64,000 bases of DNA from Tubiluchus corallicola. Taxonomy: Eukaryota; Animalia; Priapulida. The DNA lies in contig JAQGDQ010000481.1 in assembly GCA_030141605.1 (NCBI GenBank), positions 62,001-126,000 of the forward strand, read 5' to 3'. A program made the translations under genes and the position numbers. Below the pieces are notes generated by a model. It did not search any database and had not been told where the DNA came from. It saw nothing but the letters and a program-made list of their open reading frames with translations. Positions 62,328-64,000 of this stretch are shown piece after piece (the first letter of the stretch is position 1; each line of letters starts with the position of its first letter).

Positions 62328-62939
62328 CCCTTATACTTTTATAGGGTCACCGGGGGTAAAAAATTAACCCCAGTCCGGTTATTTGCATTTTACCCTTTCA
62401 CCATACGCATCCCAGTAAACCTTTTCTATGACCTTTTCTAAGTATGTTTTGTGCACAAATTACTTTCAGTTATTTATTTTAGGCACATTGTCTCACCACG
62501 AAATAAAAGTGAAAATGCAATATGTCGATTTTTTAAAATTGTCGAAACTTTTCTTCGCTTGTCTATACCTTATACGGGCGATGTATCTGATAAAACAAAA
62601 TGTCAGTTACTCAAATTACTTCACCTAAAAGAAGAAAGTAGTAGACAATAAATTCAAAATAACAATGATTTTTGCACACGCGCTAGCAATGTCGGTTGTC
62701 TACAGTTATTCCAGCATAGATAAGGGAACGTAACTAAGTGAATTTAAATTTCCTATTACTAGTAAGTCACATGTGTTTAAGCAGAGGTATAATGTATCCT
62801 ATGGTGGTCAGCATAACCACAGATGATGCTGTTGCTGTTTACTAATGAAACACGGCGGTTTATCAAAAGTAATTTACGAATTATGGTGGGGGTAATTTTT
62901 AAATAAAAAATTAATAAAAAAACAGTGACCCTATAAGGG
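62328..62939 (+). mobile_element. piggyBac-like MITE family A copy
   Basis: TTAA|CCCTTATA...CCCTATAAGGG|TTAA; near-identical to 4957-5561. Confidence 0.82.
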
Positions 62940-64000
62940 TTAATGTCAGAATTCTGAATATCTAACTCCGGTTTGTGAAATTTAATCTGTGCAGAGATTA
63001 TTCTATATTTTTAAGGGTGATAAGGAAATAAGGAAAGACAATTTTCAGTATATCCCAGGAAACTTTTTATGCGCAGTTATATTACATAGCATTATGCTTA
63101 CCTGCTTGAACGATTTATGTAACTAGAAAATAAATCAACGCACCAACTGGTAAAACGTCACTGGCTCACCTACCCAGTGTGCATCACTGATTCACCAAAA
63201 ACGTATTTTTAATTTATTTACAAAGAAAGTAATTTAAACTTGTTCTTAGTTAATGAAAAGTGTGCTACGAATGCTCTAACTATTTTCTTAAACTTCACAC
63301 GATATTATCTAAACTTGTCTCAAACGACTTACCGTCAAAATGGCTGCGCTTAATGGTCATCGCTTGAGTTTAAATTTACAAGTTTTATAATTATCGTGTT
63401 GCTACTAACGCAAGCTCTGTGTTCAATAAGACAGCATGTAAGTGATAATTATAGAATTTCAAGTCGAATTTTAATGTTTATGTAAGTATAAAGATTTTCT
63501 TGTGGTTTAAATGCAAGTTGGTGTTTTAGCCGGTTTTGTAAAATATGCTAAAATTTTAAGAACCGTTTGGTGTCCAATTTGGTCACGTGGTCTAATGGCT
63601 GAAATGGGGCGAATGAGAGTTTTGCCACTTAGAATTGCCACTCTCATGTGTTTGTATGCATTGTACACAGCCTCAAAAGCTAAAACTCATCATCATGCGC
63701 CCGTCACGTCTATTGTAGACATTGGGCAAGCAGAATTCTAAAATAAAAGAAATCTGCCTTCAGACAGGTAAACGCAGCAGTAATCCAGCAAAAGAACTAG
63801 ACACTGCTACGCCAGTGGCTTGTCAGCACCACTTCCGTTAAATAAATGTGTGTTTGTAAACTTGCGATGAACACCTACGAAAAGGGGGGTGTGGGGGGTG
63901 TAGATTAAGTCGAAACTTGAATTTGAAGAAAAAATGCTTAGATCATTCGAAGAAAGGTCTGTCGAGTCAGTTTAGTAATCAAACTGTAAACAAGCGGTTT

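Overview
AT-rich, intron- and repeat-rich animal genomic DNA. It is probably from a marine invertebrate; the 5S/SINE content suggests a deuterostome such as an echinoderm, with low certainty. Manual splicing with GT-AG and phase checks gives three + strand genes. (1) The last six exons of an integrin alpha subunit (1171-8875, KCGFFNR motif). (2) An unrecognised ~273-aa single-pass membrane protein (14949-20661) with a tiny ectodomain and a cytoplasmic tail carrying 17 tyrosines, many in a 20-aa tandem repeat, resembling a LAT/PAG-type transmembrane adaptor. (3) A complete 15-exon, 918-aa NRF-6/OACYL-like acyltransferase-3 gene (26552-56884). Between and within the genes are many DNA-transposon MITEs (hAT, piggyBac-like, Kolobok-like, pogo/Tc2, Harbinger-like), LINE fragments, a 5S-headed SINE with an RTE-derived tail, and micro/minisatellites. 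The most notable signals are two solo LTRs (40179-40531, 61895-62263) whose U3 is a compact heat-shock promoter (three HSE clusters plus TATA), a candidate heat-activated animal LTR retrotransposon, and the tyrosine-repeat adaptor gene next to the integrin. Most long ORFs in the supplied track are simple-repeat artefacts. All homology calls are from recall of family motifs, not database searches.
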